Assembly (NCBI GenBank): GCA_964477845.1
Contig: CAYZES010000008.1
Coordinates: 3,749-67,748, forward strand
DNA from: an uncultured Dehalococcoidia bacterium
Lineage (GTDB): Bacteria > Chloroflexota > Dehalococcoidia > Lucifugimonadales > UBA2962
Direction of reading: 5' to 3'
Length of the DNA: 64,000 nucleotides
Numbering within the stretch: the first letter of the stretch is position 1; every line of letters begins with the position of its first letter. This document shows positions 9,979-17,744 of the stretch, piece by piece. A model generated the notes under the pieces. The model made no database searches, was not told the DNA's origin, and was given only the letters and a program-made list of their open reading frames with translations. Position numbers and translations under genes: made by a program.

Positions 9979-10902
9979 GTGACTGATCCAGCATGCCACG
10001 TCGTTACCGGTGCTTCCGGGTATACCGGCAGGTACATAGCCCGACGTCTTCTGGAAGAAGGTGCCTCCGTCAGATCCCTGACCGGCCGGCCCGCCCGCAC
10101 CAGCCCCTTCGGACCCAGGATCGAAGTGCATCCCTATAACTTCGAAAGATCCGATCTACTTATCCGAAGCCTTGAGGGAGCCGACACCCTGTTTAACACC
10201 TATTGGATACGCTTCGCCCGGGGGCACGTGACGCACGAACGCGCGGTCGGCAATGCCGCCGCGCTCTTCGGCGCCGCAAGGTCCGCCGGCATTCGCCGAA
10301 TTGTCCACGTCAGCATTACCAATGCCGCTGTCGACTCACCGCTCCCGTACTTTCGGGGCAAGGCGTTGGTCGAGGACGCTGTAAGGGAGTCGGGCCTTTC
10401 GTATGCGATCCTCAAACCTGCGATTATCTTCGGCAAGGAAGATATTCTCCTAAACAACATCGCCTGGATGCTGAGGAGATTTCCCATCCATCCGATAGCC
10501 GGCAAAGGGGAATACGGTGTTCAGCCCGTGTTCGTAGAGGACCTAGCAGAGCTGGCGGTTATCCTTGCCCGCGGCGATGAAAACGTCGAGCTGGATGCGG
10601 TCGGGCCCGAGGTGTTCGGCTATGAGGAGATGGTTCGGCTCATCGCCCTCAAGATCGGCTCCTCGGCCCGCTTGATTCACGTTCCCCCGGCGCTCGTGTT
10701 GCTGGGCTCGGTGATCGTCGGACAGCTGGTAAGGGATGTCGTACTTACCAGAGAAGAGATCGATGGCCTTACGGCAGACCTCCTGCTATCCAGGTCCGGA
10801 GGCGAGCCACCTTGCCCGACGCGCCTTTCTGACTGGCTGGACAGAAGCGCCGCCGATCTGGGAAGAGGGTACCGTTCCGAACTTCAGCGCCACTATGTCT
10901 AG
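9979..10902 (+). CDS. NAD(P)-binding atypical SDR (NmrA/NDUFA9-like)
   Basis: Rossmann motif VVTGASGYTGRYIARRLLEEG. In-frame GTG at 9979 is preceded by aaggaggag with a 5-nt spacer, so it was preferred over the ORF-track ATG at 9874. Confidence 0.75.
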   Translation: MTDPACHVVTGASGYTGRYIARRLLEEGASVRSLTGRPARTSPFGPRIEVHPYNFERSDLLIRSLEGADTLFNTYWIRFARGHVTHERAVGNAAALFGAARSAGIRRIVHVSITNAAVDSPLPYFRGKALVEDAVRESGLSYAILKPAIIFGKEDILLNNIAWMLRRFPIHPIAGKGEYGVQPVFVEDLAELAVILARGDENVELDAVGPEVFGYEEMVRLIALKIGSSARLIHVPPALVLLGSVIVGQLVRDVVLTREEIDGLTADLLLSRSGGEPPCPTRLSDWLDRSAADLGRGYRSELQRHYV

Positions 10903-11476
10903 CCCTTCGCGGTACCCCGCGGGGCCTGCCCCGGCCGTTGTTCGGCCGATAGAGCGGATCGCGCGCATGGCCCTGCTGGCTTTGGGACGGGTGCTAAGCG
11001 GGAGAGTCGTAGTGCGCGGAACGAGCATGTTGCCCGGCCTTGAGGACGGCCAGCTACTGGCCGTCGACTGGCTGGCCTATGTGTTGAGCGATCCGGCCCG
11101 GGGCGACTTGGTCGTGTTTGAGCGGGCGGGGGACGGCGGCGGGAGGCAGCTGAAGCGCATCATAGGCCTTCCGGGCGAGAAGGTGCGCATTACCGAGGGC
11201 AGGGTCTGGATAGACGATCTGGAGCTAGAGGAACCGTATCTTTCGGATCGACCCAGGACGCGCGGAGTTGAGGAAGGAGAGTGGAGGGTCGGCGACGGGG
11301 AGGCCTTCGTCCTCGGTGACAATCGGGTCTCCAGTACCGACAGTCGCACATACGGACCCGTGCCGAAGGGGCGTATCGAGGGCAGAGCGTGGCTCAGGTA
11401 CAGGCCTCTCAGGTTCCTCGGAGGCGCCGTGCGGGGGGGCGAGCCGACGCCGGGGAGGTCAGGGAGAGTTTGCTAG
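10895..11476 (+). CDS. S26 family signal-peptidase-like serine protease (candidate SodX)
   Basis: Catalytic Ser box VRGTSMLPG, Lys box LKRIIGLPGE, and GDNRVSSTDSR. ATG 10895 overlaps the upstream stop (ATGTCTAG). The N-terminus has only a short hydrophobic stretch. Confidence 0.8.
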   Translation: MSSPSRYPAGPAPAVVRPIERIARMALLALGRVLSGRVVVRGTSMLPGLEDGQLLAVDWLAYVLSDPARGDLVVFERAGDGGGRQLKRIIGLPGEKVRITEGRVWIDDLELEEPYLSDRPRTRGVEEGEWRVGDGEAFVLGDNRVSSTDSRTYGPVPKGRIEGRAWLRYRPLRFLGGAVRGGEPTPGRSGRVC

Positions 11477-11496
11477 GATTTCGGAGGACCTGGCTG

Positions 11497-12483
11497 TCAG
11501 GCGGAGTCTTCCGATAGCCAGCGCGCGGCGTCCATGGCGTGGTAGGTGATTATCATGTCCGCGCCAGCGCGCTTGATCGAGGTCAGTATCTCCAGTGCGA
11601 CCCTACGCTCGTCGATCCACTCATTTTCTGCCGCCGCCTTTACCATACTGAACTCGCCACTCACGTTGTAGGCGGCCATGGGCGTCGTGAACCTGCGTCT
11701 GGCCTCGGCGAGCACGTCGAGATAGGCGAGCGCGGGCTTGACCATGACGATGTCCGCGCCCTCTTCAATGTCCGTCTCGATCTCGCGCAGTGCCTGCCTG
11801 ACGTTAGCTCCGTCCATCTGGTAGCCGCGCCGGTCGCCGAACTGGGGCGCGGACTCTGCGGCGACCCGAAAAGGACCGTAAAACGCCGATGCGTACTTGG
11901 CCGAATATCCCATGATGGGGGTGTCTCGGTAGCCTTCGTCGTCGAGCGCCGAGCGGATGGCCGAGACCTGACCGTCCATCATCGCCGACGGAGCGACGAT
12001 GTCGGCCCCGGCCTTTGCCTGGCAGACGGCGGCCCTGCAGAGCATTTCGAGCGAACGGTCGTTGTCTATCCGGACTCCATCAACGATGCCGCAGTGGCCG
12101 TGGTCTGTGTACTCGCAGAGACAAACATCGGTGATGACCGCCATCTCGGGGGCCGTCTCCTTTACGATCCTGATGGCCTCCTGCACGATCCCTGCCGGCT
12201 CGTAGGCCTCCTTCCCAAGGGGGTCCTTCTTCGCGGGTATGCCGAAGAGTAGCACTGCCGGTATGCCCAGATCGTTGGCCTGGCCCACCTCGGTGATCAG
12301 GTGGTCGAGGGAGAGCTGGTATATGCCGGGCATCGGTCCGATCTCGTTGCGCACGTCGCGCCCGTGCGTGACGAAGATGGGGTAGACAAAGTCGCCCGGT
12401 GACAGCCTGGTCTCTTGGACCATTCGCCGGATAGCGCCGCCTTGCCTGAGCCGGCGCATTCGTACCTGTGGGAATGCGGCCAT
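11497..12483 (-). CDS. hemB: Porphobilinogen synthase (delta-aminolevulinate dehydratase)
   Basis: 328 aa with Zn-type Cys cluster DVCLCEYTDHGHCG and active-site region IVMVKPA. Confidence 0.95.
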   Translation of the reverse strand: MAAFPQVRMRRLRQGGAIRRMVQETRLSPGDFVYPIFVTHGRDVRNEIGPMPGIYQLSLDHLITEVGQANDLGIPAVLLFGIPAKKDPLGKEAYEPAGIVQEAIRIVKETAPEMAVITDVCLCEYTDHGHCGIVDGVRIDNDRSLEMLCRAAVCQAKAGADIVAPSAMMDGQVSAIRSALDDEGYRDTPIMGYSAKYASAFYGPFRVAAESAPQFGDRRGYQMDGANVRQALREIETDIEEGADIVMVKPALAYLDVLAEARRRFTTPMAAYNVSGEFSMVKAAAENEWIDERRVALEILTSIKRAGADMIITYHAMDAARWLSEDSA

Positions 12484-12503
12484 GCGGAGCTCTCCTGGGT
12501 GTG

Positions 12504-14018
12504 TTAAGTCGTATGACCGAAGTGGGACGAAAGCGCGTCCACCAGACCATCGACGGTGTGCTCAGAAGCCACTATATCAACTTTGAGACCTCCTTCTCTA
12601 GCCGTCCTTGCCGTGATGGGCCCGATGCAGGCGATGGCCGCTCTCCCGAGCTCGCCCGTGTCGTTGATCATGCTCAGGAGGTTGGTCACGGTCGACGAGC
12701 TGGTGAAGGTGGCGACGTCTATGCCCCCGGCTAGATGCCGCTCGAGCAGGTTTCTCGACCTGCCGGGCATGACGACCCGGTAGGTGGGCACGTCATCCAC
12801 GACAGCGCCTAGGGCGGTCAGGGCCGACACGATCTCGGTCCTGCCCCCGGCCGACCTGGGCAGAAGAACCCGCTTGCCGGCGACCAGGTTCGCCCCGATG
12901 GCCTCGGCCAGCTCCTCGCCGATGTAGTTCTCGGGCACAGTGTCGGCCCTGACGCCGTGACGTTCCAGTGCAGCCGCGGTCGCCGGTCCGATAGCCGCGA
13001 CACTGACGCCCGCCAGCGCCCGCGCGTCCCGGCCAGCGTCCGCGAGTCGCTCGAACAGTACCCCGACGGCGTTGGCACTCGTGAAGGTTACCCAGTCGTA
13101 GCCCGGCAGGCGGCGGACGGCCTCTCGGACGGCGGGCGAGTCGATCGGCTCAATCGCTACCGTCGGCACCTCAAGCGGCATGGCACCGAGCGCAGTCAGG
13201 CGGGCCGAGAGCACACTCGCCTGTGTGCGGGTCCGGGTAACGAGCACGCGTTTACCGAACAGGGGCGTCGACTCGAACCACTTAAGGTGAGGCCTGAGCC
13301 CTACGACACCTCCTACCACCAGTACGACCGGTGGCGGTAGACCGGAGTCGTCGGCGCGGGCGGCGATATCGTAGAGCGAGCCGGTGAGCGTTCGCTGGGC
13401 CGGTACTGAGCCCCAGCGCACCAGTGCTGCCGGCGTGTCGCGAGACATGCCCGCATCCAGCAGCCGGCCGGTTATCCAGTGGAGGTTGTCGCGGCCCATC
13501 ATCACCACGATCGTTCCCCCCGTTCCCGCCACGGCATCCCAGTCGATACTCGAGTCGTTTGAAGCCGGATCCACGTTACCCGCAACGAAGGTAACGCTTG
13601 ATGCGACGCCGCGGTGCGTGACCGGTATGCCCGCATAGGCTGGGGCGGCCACCGCCGATGTCGCCGCGGGGATTAACTCGAACGGCACCCCCGCTCTTCT
13701 CAGGGCCAAACCTTCCTCGCCCCCGCGGCCGAACACGAAAGGATCTCCGCCCTTTAGTCGGACTATGGACCTGACCTCGGAGGCCCTGTCCACGAGAAGT
13801 TCGCTGATATCGTCCTGGCGGGTCCTCTGGTCGCCCGGCACCTTTCCGACGTCAACCATCTCGGCGTCGCAGCGGGCGAACGCGAGGATGCGAGGGTCGA
13901 TCAGCCGGTCGTAGACGACCACATCCGCCGCCTCGAGCAACCGCTTGCCCTTGATGGTCAGGAGTTCGGGGTCGCCCGGGCCAGCACCCACAAGATAGAC
14001 GGTTCCCCTGCTGGCCAC
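12504..14018 (-). CDS. cobA-hemD: Fused uroporphyrinogen-III C-methyltransferase / uroporphyrinogen-III synthase
   Basis: N-terminal half has VYLVGAGPGDPELLT and GGDPFVFGRGGEE. The C-terminal ~250 aa are HemD-like. Start set to GTG 14018, which overlaps the hemC stop (TAGTG); the longer ORF-track start would overlap hemC by 200 nt. Confidence 0.9.
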   Translation of the reverse strand: MASRGTVYLVGAGPGDPELLTIKGKRLLEAADVVVYDRLIDPRILAFARCDAEMVDVGKVPGDQRTRQDDISELLVDRASEVRSIVRLKGGDPFVFGRGGEEGLALRRAGVPFELIPAATSAVAAPAYAGIPVTHRGVASSVTFVAGNVDPASNDSSIDWDAVAGTGGTIVVMMGRDNLHWITGRLLDAGMSRDTPAALVRWGSVPAQRTLTGSLYDIAARADDSGLPPPVVLVVGGVVGLRPHLKWFESTPLFGKRVLVTRTRTQASVLSARLTALGAMPLEVPTVAIEPIDSPAVREAVRRLPGYDWVTFTSANAVGVLFERLADAGRDARALAGVSVAAIGPATAAALERHGVRADTVPENYIGEELAEAIGANLVAGKRVLLPRSAGGRTEIVSALTALGAVVDDVPTYRVVMPGRSRNLLERHLAGGIDVATFTSSSTVTNLLSMINDTGELGRAAIACIGPITARTAREGGLKVDIVASEHTVDGLVDALSSHFGHTT

Positions 14019-14953
14019 TATGGGTCGCCTCCCAGGATGGCGGAGGCGCCTGCCGAAATCAGCTTTTCGGCGAGGGCCCTTCCACCTGCCACGGGGTCTG
14101 ATGCATCGAAGTCCAGGGACTGTCGGAAAATCTGGCCGCCGTCCGGAGTGGATGCCATCGCATTCATCCTTAACCTGCCTTCGGCAACAGAGGCGTAGGC
14201 CGCGACCGGAACGCTGCACCCTCCACCGATGGTCAGGAGGAAGGCCCGCTCCGCGCTCACGGCGGTCCGGGTCTGTGCGTGATCGGCCAGTGAGGCGATC
14301 CTTGCGGCTTCCGCGTCATCATCCCGCACCTGCACGATGAGCGCTCCCTGCCCCACGTCTGGAGTGAAAACCGCGGGGTCCAGGTATTCGGCTGCCCTGG
14401 CGGTCAACCCCAAGCGCTGCAGTCCTGCAGCGGCCACCACCACTCCGTCGTAGTCGCCGGTCCCGACCTTTGCGATTCGAGTTCCGACATTGCCCCGGAT
14501 GGGCACGACCCTTATGTCGGGGCGCACGCTGGCCAACAGTGCGGTCCGTCGCGGGCTGCCGGTGCCCAGCCTGACCCCGGCCGGCAGGCACGCCAGGCCC
14601 GTATCCCAGCGGTTGATCAGAGCATCTCGAGGGTCCCTTCTCTCGCATATGGCTGCTATGACTAGGCCCGCGAGGGGGGGCGCCGGCAGGTCCTTGGCGC
14701 TATGTACCGCGGCGTCGATCTTGCGGTCCAGCAGGGCCCGGTTGATCTCTTTCACGAACATGCCCCGGTCCATGCTCGATAGGGGAACGTCCTTGTGGCG
14801 ATCGCCCCTGGTGCTGAGAGTGACTATCTCTGGTCTTACACCCGGTCCGGCTATGCGCAGGGCGGCCACCACCTCGGCCGCCTGGGCCCTTGCAAGCGGG
14901 CTTGACCTGGTGCCGATGCGGAAGGTCCGAAACCGGGATCCGGTACCCTTCAT
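14018..14953 (-). CDS. hemC: Hydroxymethylbilane synthase (porphobilinogen deaminase)
   Basis: 311 aa with the typical N-terminus FRIGTRSSPLARAQA and a cofactor-Cys region near the C-terminus (GGGCSVPVAAYA). Confidence 0.95.
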   Translation of the reverse strand: MKGTGSRFRTFRIGTRSSPLARAQAAEVVAALRIAGPGVRPEIVTLSTRGDRHKDVPLSSMDRGMFVKEINRALLDRKIDAAVHSAKDLPAPPLAGLVIAAICERRDPRDALINRWDTGLACLPAGVRLGTGSPRRTALLASVRPDIRVVPIRGNVGTRIAKVGTGDYDGVVVAAAGLQRLGLTARAAEYLDPAVFTPDVGQGALIVQVRDDDAEAARIASLADHAQTRTAVSAERAFLLTIGGGCSVPVAAYASVAEGRLRMNAMASTPDGGQIFRQSLDFDASDPVAGGRALAEKLISAGASAILGGDP

Positions 14954-14974
14954 GTCGGTTCTTGTGTCCGTTCG

Positions 14975-15706
14975 CTAGACGCGGGCTGCCTCGGCGTCGG
15001 CCATTTCGATCCACATCCTGCAGGTGCCTGGTTCGCAGTCGCAATCGGCGCCCCTCAGCAGATCGGTCATCAGTTTGTCTCTGGCTTCAGTTTCCCGTCC
15101 CGCCTGCACCAGTTCCACCAGTTCGTCCGTGATGCAGGCTTGGTAGTGGTCCAGCGCGAGCTTGATCCCACGCCGCCTCAGTTCCAGCCGCGTGTCGGAA
15201 AGTATCGGCGCAAGGTCGGCGAACTCCATTGCTGAATGCCGGTTCGTCACCGGGCTGGTTCCCCCGAGCATCTCCCTGAACTTGCGTGCCAGGGCCGGGC
15301 TTGCACCTCCGGTGGAAACCGCGACGGTCACGTCGCCCCGCCTTACGACCGACGGGTATATGAACGTACACAGGTGGGTGACGTCCTCTACGTTGCAGAC
15401 AACGTTGCGGCGGCTGGCCTCTTTGTGCACGGCCCGGTTGACTTCCCCGTCCGAAGTGTCGGCTACCACTACCAGGAAGGCCCCTTCCAGGTCTCCGTCC
15501 CTGTAGCCGCGCTCAAGGTGAGAAATCTCGCACCGCGCGGCAAGGACCTGCAGAGAGGGCTCCAGGCGATCTGCGATTACAGTGATTCTCGCGCCGGTGG
15601 GTAAGAGTCCCTCGACCTTCTTTGCGCCGTTCCCGTCGCCGCCGACGACTACTACCTTTCGGTCGCGCAGGTCTAGGTAAACGGGGAAATATACAGGGGC
15701 AGGCAC
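14975..15706 (-). CDS. Precorrin-2 dehydrogenase (SirC / CysG N-terminal / Met8-like), possibly also a chelatase
   Basis: FPVYLDLRDRKVVVVGGDGNGAKKVEGLL and VSTGGASPALARKFRE. The C-terminal tail is unusual, with CDCEPGTC. Confidence 0.8.
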   Translation of the reverse strand: MPAPVYFPVYLDLRDRKVVVVGGDGNGAKKVEGLLPTGARITVIADRLEPSLQVLAARCEISHLERGYRDGDLEGAFLVVVADTSDGEVNRAVHKEASRRNVVCNVEDVTHLCTFIYPSVVRRGDVTVAVSTGGASPALARKFREMLGGTSPVTNRHSAMEFADLAPILSDTRLELRRRGIKLALDHYQACITDELVELVQAGRETEARDKLMTDLLRGADCDCEPGTCRMWIEMADAEAARV

Positions 15707-15711
15707 GGCGG

Positions 15712-16773
15712 CTAGACGAAGTAGCGCACGCGGGTCTTTTTGTACTCGCGCGTACTGTAGAGCAGCTTGTAGTCGGAGATACCCGTCTCCTGGGAGATGT
15801 CACGGGCCACCTGCTCACACTGCACGTCGGAGGTGGCGTGGATCATCGTGAAGTGGGTGTATTGCCAGTCAGGGAAGGTGGGGCGCTGGTAGCAGTGGGT
15901 TACCCATTTGGATCCCGCCATGATTGTGCCGACCTCCACTGCCCGCTCCTCGGGTACCTTCCATACGGCCATTGCGTTGCTGGAAAATCCTGCCCTTCGG
16001 TGGTGAAGTACCGCGCTGTAGCGCCTCATCAGCCCCCTTTGCATGAGTTCGACCGCCTTGGCGAAAAGACCAGTTTCCGTCAAGCCCAGCCGCTCGGCCA
16101 TCTCGGCGAAGGGCCTTCCGACAAGAGGCAGGTCCTCCTGAAGCTCGCGTATGACACAGCGATCCCGCTCGGTGACGACCTCTGCTCGATTCCACCGGTT
16201 GGGATCCGTGTTTCCGTTGACCTTGCCGCTCAGGCCGTCCGGGCTGAAGTAGTCGGTGGCCGCCCCCTCCTCCCTTACCATGTCGAAGTTGACGCCGATC
16301 TTGAAGAATCTGATCGTTGGCATGACGCGGACCGCGAGCGCACCGGTATCGCGCGCCATGCTGTCCACGGTGTCATCGATCGTCTCTGAGGGAGGTACGG
16401 CCACGGTGAACCACAGGTTGAACTGGCCGGTCCGGGCGTAATTGTGGCTCACGCCGGGGTGTTCGTTGATTCTTCTCGCCGCTGCATCAAGATCGCCCTC
16501 GCGAAACTTCATGGCCACGAGCGAGGTCTTGTATCCCAGCCTGCGTGTATCGAAGATCGCACCTATCTGCCGCACGACGTTACGGCGTTTAAGGGACACG
16601 ATCCGCTCGATGGTCTCCGGCTCCGTAATACCCACCGAGTTTCCCATAAGCTCGAAGGGACGCTCGACGAGCGGGAAGTCGGACTGGAGTATGTTGAGAA
16701 TCTGCCTGTCTAGCAGGTCCAGGTCGGAGCCGCGCTTAAGCTCTGAATGCGTTTGAGGTTGCCCCTGGTTCAT
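15712..16773 (-). CDS. Fused AhbA/AhbB (NirDL-type) siroheme decarboxylase
   Basis: 353 aa made of two tandem Lrp/AsnC-like modules. The first has LDRQILNILQSDFPLVERPF and HPGVSHNY; the second has IRELQEDLPLVGRPFAEMAERLG and WVTHCYQR. Confidence 0.8.
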   Translation of the reverse strand: MNQGQPQTHSELKRGSDLDLLDRQILNILQSDFPLVERPFELMGNSVGITEPETIERIVSLKRRNVVRQIGAIFDTRRLGYKTSLVAMKFREGDLDAAARRINEHPGVSHNYARTGQFNLWFTVAVPPSETIDDTVDSMARDTGALAVRVMPTIRFFKIGVNFDMVREEGAATDYFSPDGLSGKVNGNTDPNRWNRAEVVTERDRCVIRELQEDLPLVGRPFAEMAERLGLTETGLFAKAVELMQRGLMRRYSAVLHHRRAGFSSNAMAVWKVPEERAVEVGTIMAGSKWVTHCYQRPTFPDWQYTHFTMIHATSDVQCEQVARDISQETGISDYKLLYSTREYKKTRVRYFV

Positions 16774-16781
16774 ACATCCCC

Positions 16782-16809
16782 ACTATAAAGTCAGCGAACG
16801 ATAGCGTAA
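16782..16809 (-). promoter_or_regulatory. Putative sigma-70-type promoter of the ahb-hem operon, giving a near-leaderless mRNA
   Basis: On the minus strand: TTACGC (16809-16804), 16-nt spacer, TATAGT (16787-16782). The -10 element ends 8 nt before the ATG at 16773. Confidence 0.3.
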
Positions 16810-16931
16810 CATGCTGCCGAAAATGCGGTCAACGCCGAGGGCAAGCCATCCATGGGCCTTTCGCCCTCGGGTTTTCCGCTTCGATTAGCGGCATATTCCG
16901 ACCAACCGAAGGGCCTTTTGTGGAGGGGTGA

Positions 16932-17603
16932 TTGAGAGGAGCCAGAGAGCGCCTATTCGACGAGATCAGGGCCGAGATGGGCGACGAAAGGGTGCTGCGT
17001 GCGATGATGCGTGTTCCCAGGGAAGAATTCGTGCCGGCCCACCTGGGGCGCAGGGCGTACGAGAATTCGGCGCTGCCCATCGGCAATGGCCAGACCATCT
17101 CCCAGCCGCTCATGGTGGCGCTTATGGTCTCTGCCCTGATGGTTCGACGCACCGACACCGTGCTTGAGGTCGGAACGGGAAGCGGCTACCAGGTGGCGGT
17201 GCTGGCAGAGTTGGCAGGGCATGTGGTCTCGGTCGAGAGGGTGCGGGAGCTGTCGGAAGGGGCCGGTGAGCGACTTGCCGGGCTCGGCTACGGCAACGTC
17301 GAGCTGCGAGAGGCCGGCCGGGAGCTGGGTTGGCGGCCGGGAGCACCCTATGAGGGCATCGTTGTGGCCGCCGCTGCCCCCAGGATCCCTAGGGTACTCA
17401 TAGAGCAGTTGGCCGAAGGAGGCCGCCTGGTCGTGCCCGTCGGATCCCCGGAATCGCAAGAGTTGATGCGTGTCATCCGCGGGACAAAAGACATATCCAT
17501 ACACACGCTGGGTGGCTGCCGATTCGTGCCGCTGATCGGCGAGGGAGCCTGGGACGAAAACGATCCTGAGCTGGAACTCTTCACCATGGACGAAGAGACT
17601 TGA
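16932..17603 (+). CDS. pcm: Protein-L-isoaspartate O-methyltransferase
   Basis: 223 aa, TTG start preceded by tggagggg. Contains VPREEFVP, GQTISQP and the SAM motif LEVGTGSGYQVAVLAEL. Confidence 0.9.
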   Translation: MRGARERLFDEIRAEMGDERVLRAMMRVPREEFVPAHLGRRAYENSALPIGNGQTISQPLMVALMVSALMVRRTDTVLEVGTGSGYQVAVLAELAGHVVSVERVRELSEGAGERLAGLGYGNVELREAGRELGWRPGAPYEGIVVAAAAPRIPRVLIEQLAEGGRLVVPVGSPESQELMRVIRGTKDISIHTLGGCRFVPLIGEGAWDENDPELELFTMDEET

Positions 17604-17744
17604 GCCAAGGCTCATTCTTCGCGAACGCACATGCCCAAGGCTCCTTTGCGGCCGCACGGCATTGTGCGCGCGTTTGCGGTGCCATATTCTGGCCTGAACG
17701 CCGAAGCTTGGCGACTCCAAGAGGACCCGGAGGGCTACGGTCAG

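Noticed and set aside
14019-14219. ORF-track 5' extension of the cobA-hemD gene; similar extensions occur at lysR 24242-24484, EVE 25362-25481, AKR 27235-27438, sufU 31994-32065, aldolase 41613-41786, nuoA 50641-50712, nuoC 51334-51762 and sodN 8916-8969
   Set aside because: These extensions overlap the upstream gene or add non-conserved basic residues. In each case an internal start sits right before the conserved N-terminus, with an SD or a stop/start overlap.
16835-16877. 8-bp stem (ccgagggc/gccctcgg) followed by gttttcc between the ahb operon and pcm, resembling a terminator
   Set aside because: There is no upstream plus-strand gene to terminate, and the 20-nt loop makes it a weak hairpin. 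At most it is a 5' UTR structure of pcm.
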